DNA of 33,883 nucleotides from a virus (lineage: Duplodnaviria > Caudoviricetes): IMG/VR virus record IMGVR_UViG_3300032373_001167, positions 1-33,883 of that record; one strand, 5' to 3'. The position numbers and the translations under genes were made by a program. The number at the start of each line of letters is the position of its first letter. The first letter of the stretch is position 1. Shown in pieces: positions 8,010 through 16,612 of this stretch. A model generated the notes under the pieces. The model did no database searches, was not told where the DNA came from, and worked only from the letters and a program-made list of their open reading frames with translations.

Positions 8010-11000
8010 TCAGTCTGAAAAGCTGGCCGTCGCGAGGTCACGCACCCGGTCGCCCAGTTGCTGCGTAATCAAATCGACGATGGCCTGTGGATCCGTGACG
8101 CCAGAGGGCACGTTCACACTGATGCTGCCGATCTCAACCCGCGTGTCGCCCAAGCGTGCGGGCTGTGACGGGGTTTGCGCGGCGACCGGCGTGGACACCA
8201 AACTTGCGGTCAGGGCTGCCAGACTGGCAGCCCGCAACCGCTGCGCCCCAGCCTGTGCCGCGACGATCGACGGCGGGCGCAGCATCGCGCTGGACCCGAA
8301 TGAACCCAGATGCCTGCGAAACACCGCCTGCGCCTGCGGCACGTTCAGGACACCGCCCGACAGAGACGGCACGATGATCTCGGACCTTGGCGTGTTCTCA
8401 TTGACGAGATACGGCAACCCGGCCCGGATCGGCCCGCCAAATGCGCGTGCGCCTGCTGTTCGAGGCGATTCTGGCAGACGTCGGGTGTCGCCCACCCCCG
8501 CCGACCTAAGGTTGCGCATCTCGGTGGCCAACTGTTGAACGCGACGCAAAGCCCGCTCAATCGATTCTGTGCTGATTTCCGGCGTCACCTCGGTTTCAGA
8601 CAGAACTTGCAACGCAGAACCCAATTCAGCGGCGGCGACTTCATCCGATGCCAACTGCTGCTCAACCAGTTCGAGCTCACGCAACCTTGCTCGAAGCCGA
8701 GATTGCGCAGCCTGATAATCGGGCGGCCCGTCATATGGGCTATCGGGTACATCCATGGCTCCGATTTCGGAGCGAATCCCAGCGACCTCTTCGCGCAGAT
8801 CGATCGCGAAGCCCCGCAACGCTTGGAGCCGTTCCAGCGTCGGTAGGCCCTCTGCATTTGCGTAGCGTTCAACCGTGCGCGCGGCAGCGCGCGTTTGCGG
8901 ATCTTCGGACACTACGGCATCCGGCACAGGTGCCGACCGTCCGTGGATATACTCAAAACTCCGCTCATACAGTTCTGTCAGGCGTCCGATAAATGGTGCC
9001 CGCCGTAATGTGCTGTCCAGCGCCCGGACATTGTTGTCCTGAAATTCGGCGATCTCGGCCCGCCCCTCTTCGGTCTCGACATCTGAGGGTGCTCGCGCCA
9101 GATTTAGGTAGGTCATGATACCAGCGCTGATTGTCATCATCCGCAAACGTGCAAGTCGACGCTCGATCATCGCCGATCTGGACTCGACGGTTTCTGACAG
9201 GCCGACCAAATGACGAGTGGAATCTGCGGCGAAACTTGCAAACCTGGCAGTGGCTCCGGCCAGGTTGGGAAAAGGCAACCGAGACAACCCCCTGAAAGTA
9301 CCACCAAGGCCGCCTAGCTCGCCTGCTGCAAATGCCGCACGTGCGCCAAATCCGACCATTCCGAACCTCAGCACGGCGAACGTGCCCACCAGACCCGCCG
9401 CAGCGGTCAGCAGCACACCCCCTGCAACAGCCATGGCACCAATCGCGCCCGCACCGATCACCAGCCATTTGGTCAGCTTCGGATGCGCACGGGTCCATTC
9501 CACGAACCGTTCGATGATCGCCTGCGAACGCTTCAATAACTTATTGAGCACCGGCAGAACCACTTCGCCGATACTATTTCCCAGACGATCCAAACTGCTT
9601 CGAACAAGCTGTATCTGATAGGCCGTCGCCTCTGAGCGTATGCCATATTCACGTTCGACACTGCCGCTATAACTTTGCGATTCTGCAACGAGACCGAGAG
9701 CCTCGCGCAAAAGATTCACATCACGCAAAAGCGGTGCAAGCGCTCGTGCTTCGTCACCAAAGAGGTCGGAAATCAAAGCAGGACGTAAGTCATCTGACAA
9801 ACCGGCAATCCGCTCCAAAACATCTATTGTCGTACCAGCTGCGTCCTCTTGCATTCGACGAGCAACATCCTCTGCCTCCAGCCCGAGTCGAGCCATTGAT
9901 TCGCGTTGCCTGTCTGTTGCTGACGCACCGCGCGTCAGGGCGCGCCCCATATTGCGAAACGACGTCGCCGCGACCTGCGGCGGCGCATCTGCAGCGATCA
10001 TAGCAGCCCCGAAAGCCAACGCTTCGTTCGCAGCGAAGCCATACGCATCTGCTTGAGCAAGTAAGCCTGCGCCAGAAAATTGAAGGAGCTGCGGCGCCTC
10101 AGACCTGAACGCGTTGGACAATTGGTTCATTGCGTCGAACAGTAGACCAGTATCCTCGGCACCCAAACTCAGTTGCGTTCTGATGCCTGCCATTGCACTG
10201 CCAGCCTGATCGGCTGTGATATCGAAAGCTACCCCTACCCGCGCGGCTGATGAAGCAAACTCAAGCAATTCGCCGTATGGAATACCTGCCTGCCCACCAG
10301 CGGCAACAATTTGAGCTAAGCCCTCTGCAGCAATCGGAATGCGAGTGGACAACTGCTGGATGTCTTCGGACATCTGTGCAAACGCCTCAGGGCTTTCGAA
10401 ATCGACTACCTTGCGCACATCCGCCATCGCGGATTCGAATTCAATGGCACGCTGAACAGGCCCTGACATTGCGTTGATAATGCGCCGACCTGTCTCGATT
10501 GAGGCCTGACCGGAAAACCTGAGATTTGCCGCCGTCGCCAGAGAGCGGTTCATGCGCTCCCGGCCCTCGGCGATCCGGGTCTGCATGCGCTCGAACCGCT
10601 GCATACGCTGCATTTGCGTCCCAAAACTTGCCGTGGCGGTATCCAGTGATCCGGCGAGCCTGCGCTGTTCGCCGGTCAGATCGGCGGTGTTGACACCGGC
10701 CTCGCGCAACTGCCCGTGCAGCCCGTTCAGCGCGGCACGGTTACGGCGATGGCTTTGCTCAAGACGATCGGCGGCAGAACGGGCGCGCTCAAATTCGCGG
10801 CGCATCTGAGACGTCGGGTTGCGGGTGGTTCTGATCGCTTGTTGCAGTTGGCGCACCCGTTCACGGGCACGCGCCATCGCCTCGCCGGATTGGCGCACCA
10901 CGCTTTGTTGGCGGCGAAAATCCTCGATCATGCGCAGCGGGCCGCGCATGCGTTGCAGGCCACCCATTTGCGACCGCACGTTCTCGGCGAACCGACCGGT

Positions 11001-11084
11001 CACATTGCGCATGTTGCGCAGGACGGATGAATACTGATCAACCGCGCGGATGGTCAGATTGGCTTCGATGCGGCGCGTGCTCAT
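8010..11084 (-). CDS. Tail tape measure protein (1024 aa)
   Basis: Ala-rich and helical; AIEFESAMADVRKVVDF and LFGDEA core motifs; hydrophobic segment; ARAFGGPIRAGLPYLVNE near the C-terminus. Confidence 0.93.
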   Translation of the reverse strand: MSTRRIEANLTIRAVDQYSSVLRNMRNVTGRFAENVRSQMGGLQRMRGPLRMIEDFRRQQSVVRQSGEAMARARERVRQLQQAIRTTRNPTSQMRREFERARSAADRLEQSHRRNRAALNGLHGQLREAGVNTADLTGEQRRLAGSLDTATASFGTQMQRMQRFERMQTRIAEGRERMNRSLATAANLRFSGQASIETGRRIINAMSGPVQRAIEFESAMADVRKVVDFESPEAFAQMSEDIQQLSTRIPIAAEGLAQIVAAGGQAGIPYGELLEFASSAARVGVAFDITADQAGSAMAGIRTQLSLGAEDTGLLFDAMNQLSNAFRSEAPQLLQFSGAGLLAQADAYGFAANEALAFGAAMIAADAPPQVAATSFRNMGRALTRGASATDRQRESMARLGLEAEDVARRMQEDAAGTTIDVLERIAGLSDDLRPALISDLFGDEARALAPLLRDVNLLREALGLVAESQSYSGSVEREYGIRSEATAYQIQLVRSSLDRLGNSIGEVVLPVLNKLLKRSQAIIERFVEWTRAHPKLTKWLVIGAGAIGAMAVAGGVLLTAAAGLVGTFAVLRFGMVGFGARAAFAAGELGGLGGTFRGLSRLPFPNLAGATARFASFAADSTRHLVGLSETVESRSAMIERRLARLRMMTISAGIMTYLNLARAPSDVETEEGRAEIAEFQDNNVRALDSTLRRAPFIGRLTELYERSFEYIHGRSAPVPDAVVSEDPQTRAAARTVERYANAEGLPTLERLQALRGFAIDLREEVAGIRSEIGAMDVPDSPYDGPPDYQAAQSRLRARLRELELVEQQLASDEVAAAELGSALQVLSETEVTPEISTESIERALRRVQQLATEMRNLRSAGVGDTRRLPESPRTAGARAFGGPIRAGLPYLVNENTPRSEIIVPSLSGGVLNVPQAQAVFRRHLGSFGSSAMLRPPSIVAAQAGAQRLRAASLAALTASLVSTPVAAQTPSQPARLGDTRVEIGSISVNVPSGVTDPQAIVDLITQQLGDRVRDLATASFSD

Positions 11085-11132
11085 GGGGGTTTCACCTTGA
11101 AAATCTTGGGTTTCATACCCATTTCGGAGGGT

Positions 11133-11408
11133 ATGGAAGTTCTCGCGATCATCTTCGCATTGGTCATGTTCGCCGCCGCTGGCGCGGCGACGGTCACCTT
11201 GTGGTGGGCGGTCGGGTTCTGGGCGGCACTGGGTTTTGCGCTGATCTTGTTCGCGCTTTACAAGGCCTCGACGTCCGAGGCTGGATCAAGCCACCCAAGG
11301 CACAGTGACGGCCTGAACGCCTTCCAGCAGCCGCTTGCGGATCCGACACCCGCGCCCGCACGGGATGGGTATCGCAACCGCAGCTATCGCAGGCATTTTC
11401 AACACTGA
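11133..11408 (+). CDS. Small two-TM membrane protein (moron)
   Basis: GGAGG RBS before ATG 11133; two strongly hydrophobic segments followed by a basic tail; fills the gap between chaperone and tape measure genes on the opposite strand. Confidence 0.65.
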   Translation: MEVLAIIFALVMFAAAGAATVTLWWAVGFWAALGFALILFALYKASTSEAGSSHPRHSDGLNAFQQPLADPTPAPARDGYRNRSYRRHFQH

Positions 11409-11421
11409 GCGCAGGCTCTGA

Positions 11422-11595
11422 TCAGCCGGGTTTCGGCTGGGTTGCCTGCCAGATATCGCACGCCGCCTGATGCCACTTCGGAAACTCGCGCAGTTTGATC
11501 GCCAGAACCTGAGGTAGCGGCGTCGACAGAACCCTGGCCACGAACGCGGCAGAGTAACGCAGATCCTGCGCTACGCTGCCTGAGGCACGTTTCCC
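11422..11595 (-). CDS. -1 frameshift extension of the tail chaperone (gpE+E'-like; fusion about 161 aa, 11906 to 11422)
   Basis: Slippery heptamer G GGA AAC at 11595-11589. The -1 frame is open to TGA at 11424-11422 and encodes ...QDLRYSAAFVARVLSTPLPQVLAIKLREFPKWHQAACDIW... Confidence 0.8.
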   Translation of the reverse strand, partial: GKRASGSVAQDLRYSAAFVARVLSTPLPQVLAIKLREFPKWHQAACDIWQATQPKPG

Positions 11596-11906
11596 GCATC
11601 ACCCTCAGCCGCACCAGCATCGGGTTTCTCAACGCCCATAATTGCCTCCACGGCGGCGTTGAGGCGATCAATATCGCAGGCCTTCACTTTGCGCATAACG
11701 GCTTCGGGCACGCCCGCCAGCCGCGACATCCAGAACAGGTTGACCCGCGCCGCATCCTTCGGGGACGGCGGGGTGTCGAACGTGGCCTCCATTTCGGAAT
11801 AGTCGACCTGCATGCCCAGATCCGGTTCGTCAAACAGCAACACCGCATAGGTTTCGCCGTCGTGGGTCACCGGTCGGTTGAGTGTTACCTTGATCGGATA
11901 ATCCAT
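11571..11906 (-). CDS. Tail assembly chaperone (P2 gpE / Mu gp41-like)
   Basis: 111 aa between tube and tape measure genes; LNRPVTHDG...EPDLG...SRLAGVP pattern. Confidence 0.85.
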   Translation of the reverse strand: MDYPIKVTLNRPVTHDGETYAVLLFDEPDLGMQVDYSEMEATFDTPPSPKDAARVNLFWMSRLAGVPEAVMRKVKACDIDRLNAAVEAIMGVEKPDAGAAEGDAGNVPQAA

Positions 11907-11917
11907 GCCCTACCCCC

Positions 11918-12424
11918 TTACAGCAACAACGCGGCGCGGATGTCGCCGGTTTGGCTGACACCGCCCACCGAATAGTCGAAATCGTCGATCTCGAAGATTT
12001 CCGCACCGTCGATTTCCAGCTTGGCGTAGTTTTGCACGACCGTGCATTTCAGGTCCGCCTTGTCGCCGGGTTTCCAATTGCCCGCGTTGGCAGCCACCAA
12101 CCGCCCGCGAACATAATAGACCGCGCTGTGGGTCACGCCGTCTTCATCGACATGGGCGCCGGTCACCATGAACGGGTGTTCCGCGCCGGGTTTGCCGGTC
12201 AGCAGCTTCAGGGTCTCGGGGTCGAAGGCCGACATCGAAAACTCGAGGTCATCATGCTCGTAGCCCATGCTGGCCTTGCGCTCCTTGATCATGCCGCCGT
12301 TGCGAAAGCCTTCGGTTTTCTCCTTGGGCAGCGAGATCGAGACCTCGGAAAACTGGCCGACCTTGACGTCTTCATTGGCCCAGAGTGCGCAATTGCGCAG
12401 GATGTATGCGGGGGTGGATTTCAT
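11918..12424 (-). CDS. Major tail tube protein (P2 FII-like)
   Basis: FRNGGM, WKPGDKA, YAKLEIDG and DIRAALLL motifs; follows the sheath gene. Confidence 0.92.
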   Translation of the reverse strand: MKSTPAYILRNCALWANEDVKVGQFSEVSISLPKEKTEGFRNGGMIKERKASMGYEHDDLEFSMSAFDPETLKLLTGKPGAEHPFMVTGAHVDEDGVTHSAVYYVRGRLVAANAGNWKPGDKADLKCTVVQNYAKLEIDGAEIFEIDDFDYSVGGVSQTGDIRAALLL

Positions 12425-12493
12425 CGAAATCTCCTGTGAATGGGGTTGGGATGCGAAGGCACCGCCATTGCCTTCGCCAGATCAAAGCGCGGA

Positions 12494-13672
12494 TTACGCC
12501 GCCGCTTTCAGGGCCTCGCGGGTCAGTTCGAGGTAATACTGGATGTTGCGATGCGCGATGAAGCGGATGTCCTCCATCGGCGCGGGCGGCTCGAATTCCA
12601 TCGACAGCGTGATCTTGCCCGCCGCCATGTCGGTCGGCTGGTTCAGGCTTTCGTCAATCCAGACCTTGCCACCCAGAATGGCCCCCGCCGCCTTGAAACT
12701 GCGCATGGCGGCATTGCCGCTTTCCAGCATGAATTTCAGGTTTGCCGCCGAGAACGGCTTGTCGACGAATTCAAGATAGGCCTTTTCCATCGCCTCGTTG
12801 ATGAAATCCGCCGTGCGGCGCACCGAAAGGAACACCCACAGGTCGTCATCCGTCGCCGCGCGGTTGCCCCAGGTGATGAACCCCGACCCCATGTTGATGA
12901 TCGTGCCGACATGGTTCTCGTTGAGGTAATCCGCCTGCAGCCCATAGGTGATCGTGCGGGAGGCACCGCCGATACCGTTGATCGGTTTGTTCGACAGCGA
13001 ATGCCAGAACCCGCGCTCGGTATCGACGCGGGCCTGAACACCGGCAAACCGGGCCGAGGCCGGGCGCGCCACATAGGCGCTGGTGCCGGTATCCCAGACC
13101 AGAACCTTGGGATCCACCACATAGACCCGCTGCGACCCGATCAACGCGCGGTAGGCGAGCGCGTCCGCATCCGTAGTGTCCGGCCCGTCGACAAAACCCA
13201 CGGCACCCAATTGGTCGAGCACGCCGATCAACTCGGCGACCACCGGGTTGGCGGTCAACCCATCGCCGCTGGTGAAACCGGGAGCGGCGATCAGCCGGGG
13301 TTTGATGCCCAGCTGCGCCTCGGCCTTTTTCAGGGCGTGCACGCCGGTCAGGGTGGTGGCATCGCCCACCAGATTGGTCATCGTTGCCGCCAGATCCACA
13401 CCCTCATCGACGCGGATCACGATGGTATAGGCTCCGATCTGGTCGAACACGTCATCGACCGCATCCTTGAGCGTGCCAGTCGCGCCAAGCCCCGCCGCTT
13501 CGCTCGGCACGCCTTTCAGCAACACCGGCGTGTTCAGCGGAAAGCTGGCCGCGTCGGCGAGGGGCGCGGTGCCCAACAGCGCGACCACGGCGGATTGCGC
13601 CACCTGAACCAGCACCGGCGTTTCGGCGGATTCCGCCAGCCGTGTGCCATGATGAAAACCAATAAAGGCCAT
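12494..13672 (-). CDS. Contractile tail sheath protein (P2 FI-like)
   Basis: Start MAFIGFHHG with AAGGAG RBS; PRLIAAPGF, GFWHSLSNKPING, WGNR and FLSVRRTAD motifs. Confidence 0.95.
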   Translation of the reverse strand: MAFIGFHHGTRLAESAETPVLVQVAQSAVVALLGTAPLADAASFPLNTPVLLKGVPSEAAGLGATGTLKDAVDDVFDQIGAYTIVIRVDEGVDLAATMTNLVGDATTLTGVHALKKAEAQLGIKPRLIAAPGFTSGDGLTANPVVAELIGVLDQLGAVGFVDGPDTTDADALAYRALIGSQRVYVVDPKVLVWDTGTSAYVARPASARFAGVQARVDTERGFWHSLSNKPINGIGGASRTITYGLQADYLNENHVGTIINMGSGFITWGNRAATDDDLWVFLSVRRTADFINEAMEKAYLEFVDKPFSAANLKFMLESGNAAMRSFKAAGAILGGKVWIDESLNQPTDMAAGKITLSMEFEPPAPMEDIRFIAHRNIQYYLELTREALKAAA

Positions 13673-13690
13673 GAAACTCTCCTTGCCATG

Positions 13691-13716
13691 AGAAAGCCCG
13701 GCGCAACGGGCCGGGC
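13691..13716 (-). terminator. Putative intrinsic terminator/attenuator upstream of the sheath gene
   Basis: GCCCGGC-ccgttgc-GCCGGGC followed by TTTCT on the minus strand. Confidence 0.5.
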
Positions 13717-13759
13717 ACAACCGGCATCCACCGGTTTCGGGTTGTGCGCCTGAGCGCGA

Positions 13760-14104
13760 TCAGTAGCTTGCCGGAACCGCCAAGCCGTTGTTTACGAGGT
13801 CCTGATTGAGGCTGACGGGATCATCTTCTGCCCGAAACACCTCGCCCAGCCAGCGGCCATATTTGCCTTTGCCGGTGCCTGCTTTGTAGGTGCGCATGAC
13901 GATGTCCTTGCCGAGAATTTCGCGGCGCAGCCAGTCGCGGGCGACGATCCCCTCGGGGCGTTCCGGCCCGCGCATCTCGGGTGCGTTGATGCCGTGCAGC
14001 CGCACCTTCACCTTGCGCAGCCAGGCGTGGAACCCGAGATCCACATCCACGGTAATGGTGTCAGCGTCATAGACCGCCACCACCCGCGCGCGATAGACAT
14101 ACAT
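13760..14104 (-). CDS. Thermonuclease (SNase-like) family nuclease
   Basis: VVAVYDADTITV, VRLHGINAPE, GKYGRWLGEVF and SLNQDLVNNGLA motifs; TGATG coupling to the upstream gene; no signal peptide. Confidence 0.88.
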   Translation of the reverse strand: MYVYRARVVAVYDADTITVDVDLGFHAWLRKVKVRLHGINAPEMRGPERPEGIVARDWLRREILGKDIVMRTYKAGTGKGKYGRWLGEVFRAEDDPVSLNQDLVNNGLAVPASY

Positions 14105-14607
14105 CAGCCGGCCAACAGTGCCTGCGCGTCGGCAAAGGCGGTTTGCGCCTGCGCCTGCGCCGAGACCAGAACACCCGCCACATAGGTCTCGATATCCGCC
14201 GCATCATCGGAAACACCGGCGATCGCAGCCTTGGCCTCGACCTCCAACGCGCCAACCAGCAGCGCGATCTGCCGATACGCCTGCGCCTTTGCAGAGATCT
14301 CGGCCAGCAGGACCGTCCGGTCGATCCCGCGTGCTGCGGCTTCGCGGTCGATCATCGCAAGCTCAGCCGCGACCGCCGCAGCCGGATCGCGGGCGATCTC
14401 TTCCTTGATCCGGTATTCGGCCAGCTTGCCCGCAGACGCCGAGGCCAGCTGGGCGCGGTATTGATCGGCAAACGCTGTGACCTTGGATGCGGCGTCATCC
14501 TTGATCGCCGCGCCGATGATCGCCGCCGGAACCCCGGCAGCCGCCAGTTCTTCGGGCGTGCAATTGATATACACCGCCCCGTTATGAGTGATTGTCAGCA
14601 TATCCAT
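14104..14607 (-). CDS. Putative tail fibre assembly/chaperone protein
   Basis: Ala-rich helical protein (EAAARGIDRTVLLAEI) directly after the fibre genes; positional call. Confidence 0.55.
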   Translation of the reverse strand: MDMLTITHNGAVYINCTPEELAAAGVPAAIIGAAIKDDAASKVTAFADQYRAQLASASAGKLAEYRIKEEIARDPAAAVAAELAMIDREAAARGIDRTVLLAEISAKAQAYRQIALLVGALEVEAKAAIAGVSDDAADIETYVAGVLVSAQAQAQTAFADAQALLAG

Positions 14608-14611
14608 GTCC

Positions 14612-15322
14612 TCAGTTGGTAAATCCGGGACCGACGATCCCGCGCGAGTGATCGATGTTCAGTGCGACACCCGAGGCGACGCCCTTGACCCATCGGCCCG
14701 CCATATCGGTCGCGGTCAGGGCCGCGCCTCCCAGCGAGAAACCGCCCGAATACGGATCAAGCAGAGCGCAGGTGCCGTTGGTGCCGATGATGCTCGCGCC
14801 AACAAATCCGATCCGGCCAAATCCGACACAGCGAAACTGCGCCCCGGTGATCCCCGGATCATTGTTTGACAGCGTGAGCGCGACGCTCTGAAACTGCACC
14901 GAGCCATACCCCAGGATGTGAATACCCGGCACGTCATTCGCGTTGTTGGTGGCAGCGTTGGCCATCGTTACTGCGCGCGTCATCGTCGTGGACCCCCCGG
15001 CATCCCAGCCCAGCACGTTGAAATGAACGCCCCGCTTGCTGACTTTGGTGGACCAGGTGCAATCGCTCAGCAGCAACGCCTCGAAAAGCTGACCGTCCCG
15101 ACAGGCCGCAAGTGCCGTGTCGATACTGTCATAGGGTTGCGCCAGAGACCCATCGTTGCCGGGCAGCCCGTTGACCTCATCGACATAGACGCCGCTGCGG
15201 GCGATCAGGCCGGGCAGATCGGCTTTCGCGGCGATCAGCGCGTCGCGTTCACCCTCGAAGAACGTCTTCAGCGCGGTATTGCCAGCGATCAGATCGTTGA
15301 TTTGTTCAGTGCTCGTGGACAT
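14612..15322 (-). CDS. Putative tail fibre / receptor-binding protein
   Basis: N-terminal coiled coil, VYVDEVNG...NDGSLAQPYDSIDTAL motif, then a Gly/beta-rich body; GGAGGG RBS. Confidence 0.6.
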   Translation of the reverse strand: MSTSTEQINDLIAGNTALKTFFEGERDALIAAKADLPGLIARSGVYVDEVNGLPGNDGSLAQPYDSIDTALAACRDGQLFEALLLSDCTWSTKVSKRGVHFNVLGWDAGGSTTMTRAVTMANAATNNANDVPGIHILGYGSVQFQSVALTLSNNDPGITGAQFRCVGFGRIGFVGASIIGTNGTCALLDPYSGGFSLGGAALTATDMAGRWVKGVASGVALNIDHSRGIVGPGFTN

Positions 15323-15335
15323 CGCGGTCCCTCCG

Positions 15336-15851
15336 TTAATAGCTGCCGGTCAGGCGGCGCAGCGTGTCGGCCTGCCGCAGTTGTTCGAGTTGCAGGTTGG
15401 CCAGCGCGGTGGCCGCGCGGACGCTGTTGTCAAACAGCACATCATCGGGCGCATTGACGATCACCAGACCGTCGGCCACCCGCGTGAAACTGAGAACATG
15501 ATCCACCAGATAGGTGATGGCGCCCGTCAGGCGCGGCACAACGTCGTTGCCCGCCCAGACCGCGATCAAATCGCCATCCGCATCGAAGAAGCCCATTTCC
15601 CGCACCCCGAAGGCCGGGGTGTCAGGGTCAAATTCCGCCTTCACGCGCCAGGCATTGGTGCCGACGATGTGGCGTGTCTGGATAGCCTGCCGCGCCATTT
15701 CGCGCTGCAGGGCGGTCTGGGCATAGCTGGGGGCATAGTTCGCGCCGTTGCCATCGCCCAAAGCGATATGCGTGATCGCAACCTGAGTCCCAGACCCGGC
15801 GGCGGCAGTCAGTTTCGCCTCCGCGATATCGGTCAGTAGTGTTGTCGGCAT
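15336..15851 (-). CDS. Tail-collar fibre protein (P2 gpH N-terminal / DUF3751-like)
   Basis: LLTDIAEAKL...ITHIALGDGNG...VREMGFFDADGDLIAVW motif. Confidence 0.85.
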   Translation of the reverse strand: MPTTLLTDIAEAKLTAAAGSGTQVAITHIALGDGNGANYAPSYAQTALQREMARQAIQTRHIVGTNAWRVKAEFDPDTPAFGVREMGFFDADGDLIAVWAGNDVVPRLTGAITYLVDHVLSFTRVADGLVIVNAPDDVLFDNSVRAATALANLQLEQLRQADTLRRLTGSY

Positions 15852-16612
15852 TAGCCCGCTGCCCTCCGTTGAACATCATGAAATTCCTGACTGACGACCA
15901 GAACACCGGCGGCCAGCCGCACAAATATCGACGCCCGCGCGATGGCCGGACGCGGTTGCGGTTCGTGGGTTGCGCTGAACACGCGCCGGACGCGCTGCCC
16001 CGAGCGCAGCATCGGCCCACCCGAAACCATTTCCGGGCGCGGGCCGGGGTCAATCTCGGCTTGATGCAGATGCGCGGGCTTTACGCCGGAGCGCAGATAT
16101 GTGTTGCTGCGAAACCGCTCGCCCAACCGAAAGATCAGCTTTCGCGAAACCGGCGCGACCCGCTGCACCACGGCGTTCATCGCGTAGATCATGCGATTGT
16201 TGATGCTGTTCTCATTGTCGCCATAGAGCGAACGACCGGCAAAGGCCGTGACACGAAAGCTACCGGCCACCATGCCAGCGCTCACGCCGTCAGGCTCCCA
16301 CCATTCCAGCAGATCGGTGTCGACATCAAAGGCCCCGAGCGCGGTGCGGATCGCATAGGGCGTGCCCTTGAACCGGTGGATCTCGGCGCTGGCGGCGATG
16401 ACATTGCGCTTGATGACCTCTGGCCAGTCCAGATCCCAGACATCCACCGAGTGCTCCCACGCCAGATGATCCAGCATGCCGACATCAACCGCCCAGGGAT
16501 CCTTGGTGATCATCGCAACGGGCAGCGCGAACAGCCGCTCCTCGACGATATCCAGCGCCTTGGCCAGCGGTGTGGCCGTGGGTGGCAGCAGCGTGTTGTT
16601 CGCATCAAACAT
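15851..16612 (-). CDS. Phage tail protein I (P2 gpI-like) with C-terminal extension
   Basis: LLPPTATPL, LDHLAWEHSVDVW, HRFKGTPYAIRTAL and EWWE motifs. Confidence 0.92.
   Translation of the reverse strand: MFDANNTLLPPTATPLAKALDIVEERLFALPVAMITKDPWAVDVGMLDHLAWEHSVDVWDLDWPEVIKRNVIAASAEIHRFKGTPYAIRTALGAFDVDTDLLEWWEPDGVSAGMVAGSFRVTAFAGRSLYGDNENSINNRMIYAMNAVVQRVAPVSRKLIFRLGERFRSNTYLRSGVKPAHLHQAEIDPGPRPEMVSGGPMLRSGQRVRRVFSATHEPQPRPAIARASIFVRLAAGVLVVSQEFHDVQRRAAG

Noticed and set aside
11399-11671. 90-aa minus-strand ORF as the chaperone extension
   Set aside because: It is in the +1 frame relative to the chaperone; the -1 frame from GGGAAAC gives the gpE'-like sequence.
14104-15851. Diversity-generating retroelement or invertible tail fibre cassette
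   Set aside because: No reverse transcriptase or invertase in the window, and I saw no template/variable repeat pair or flanking inverted repeats.
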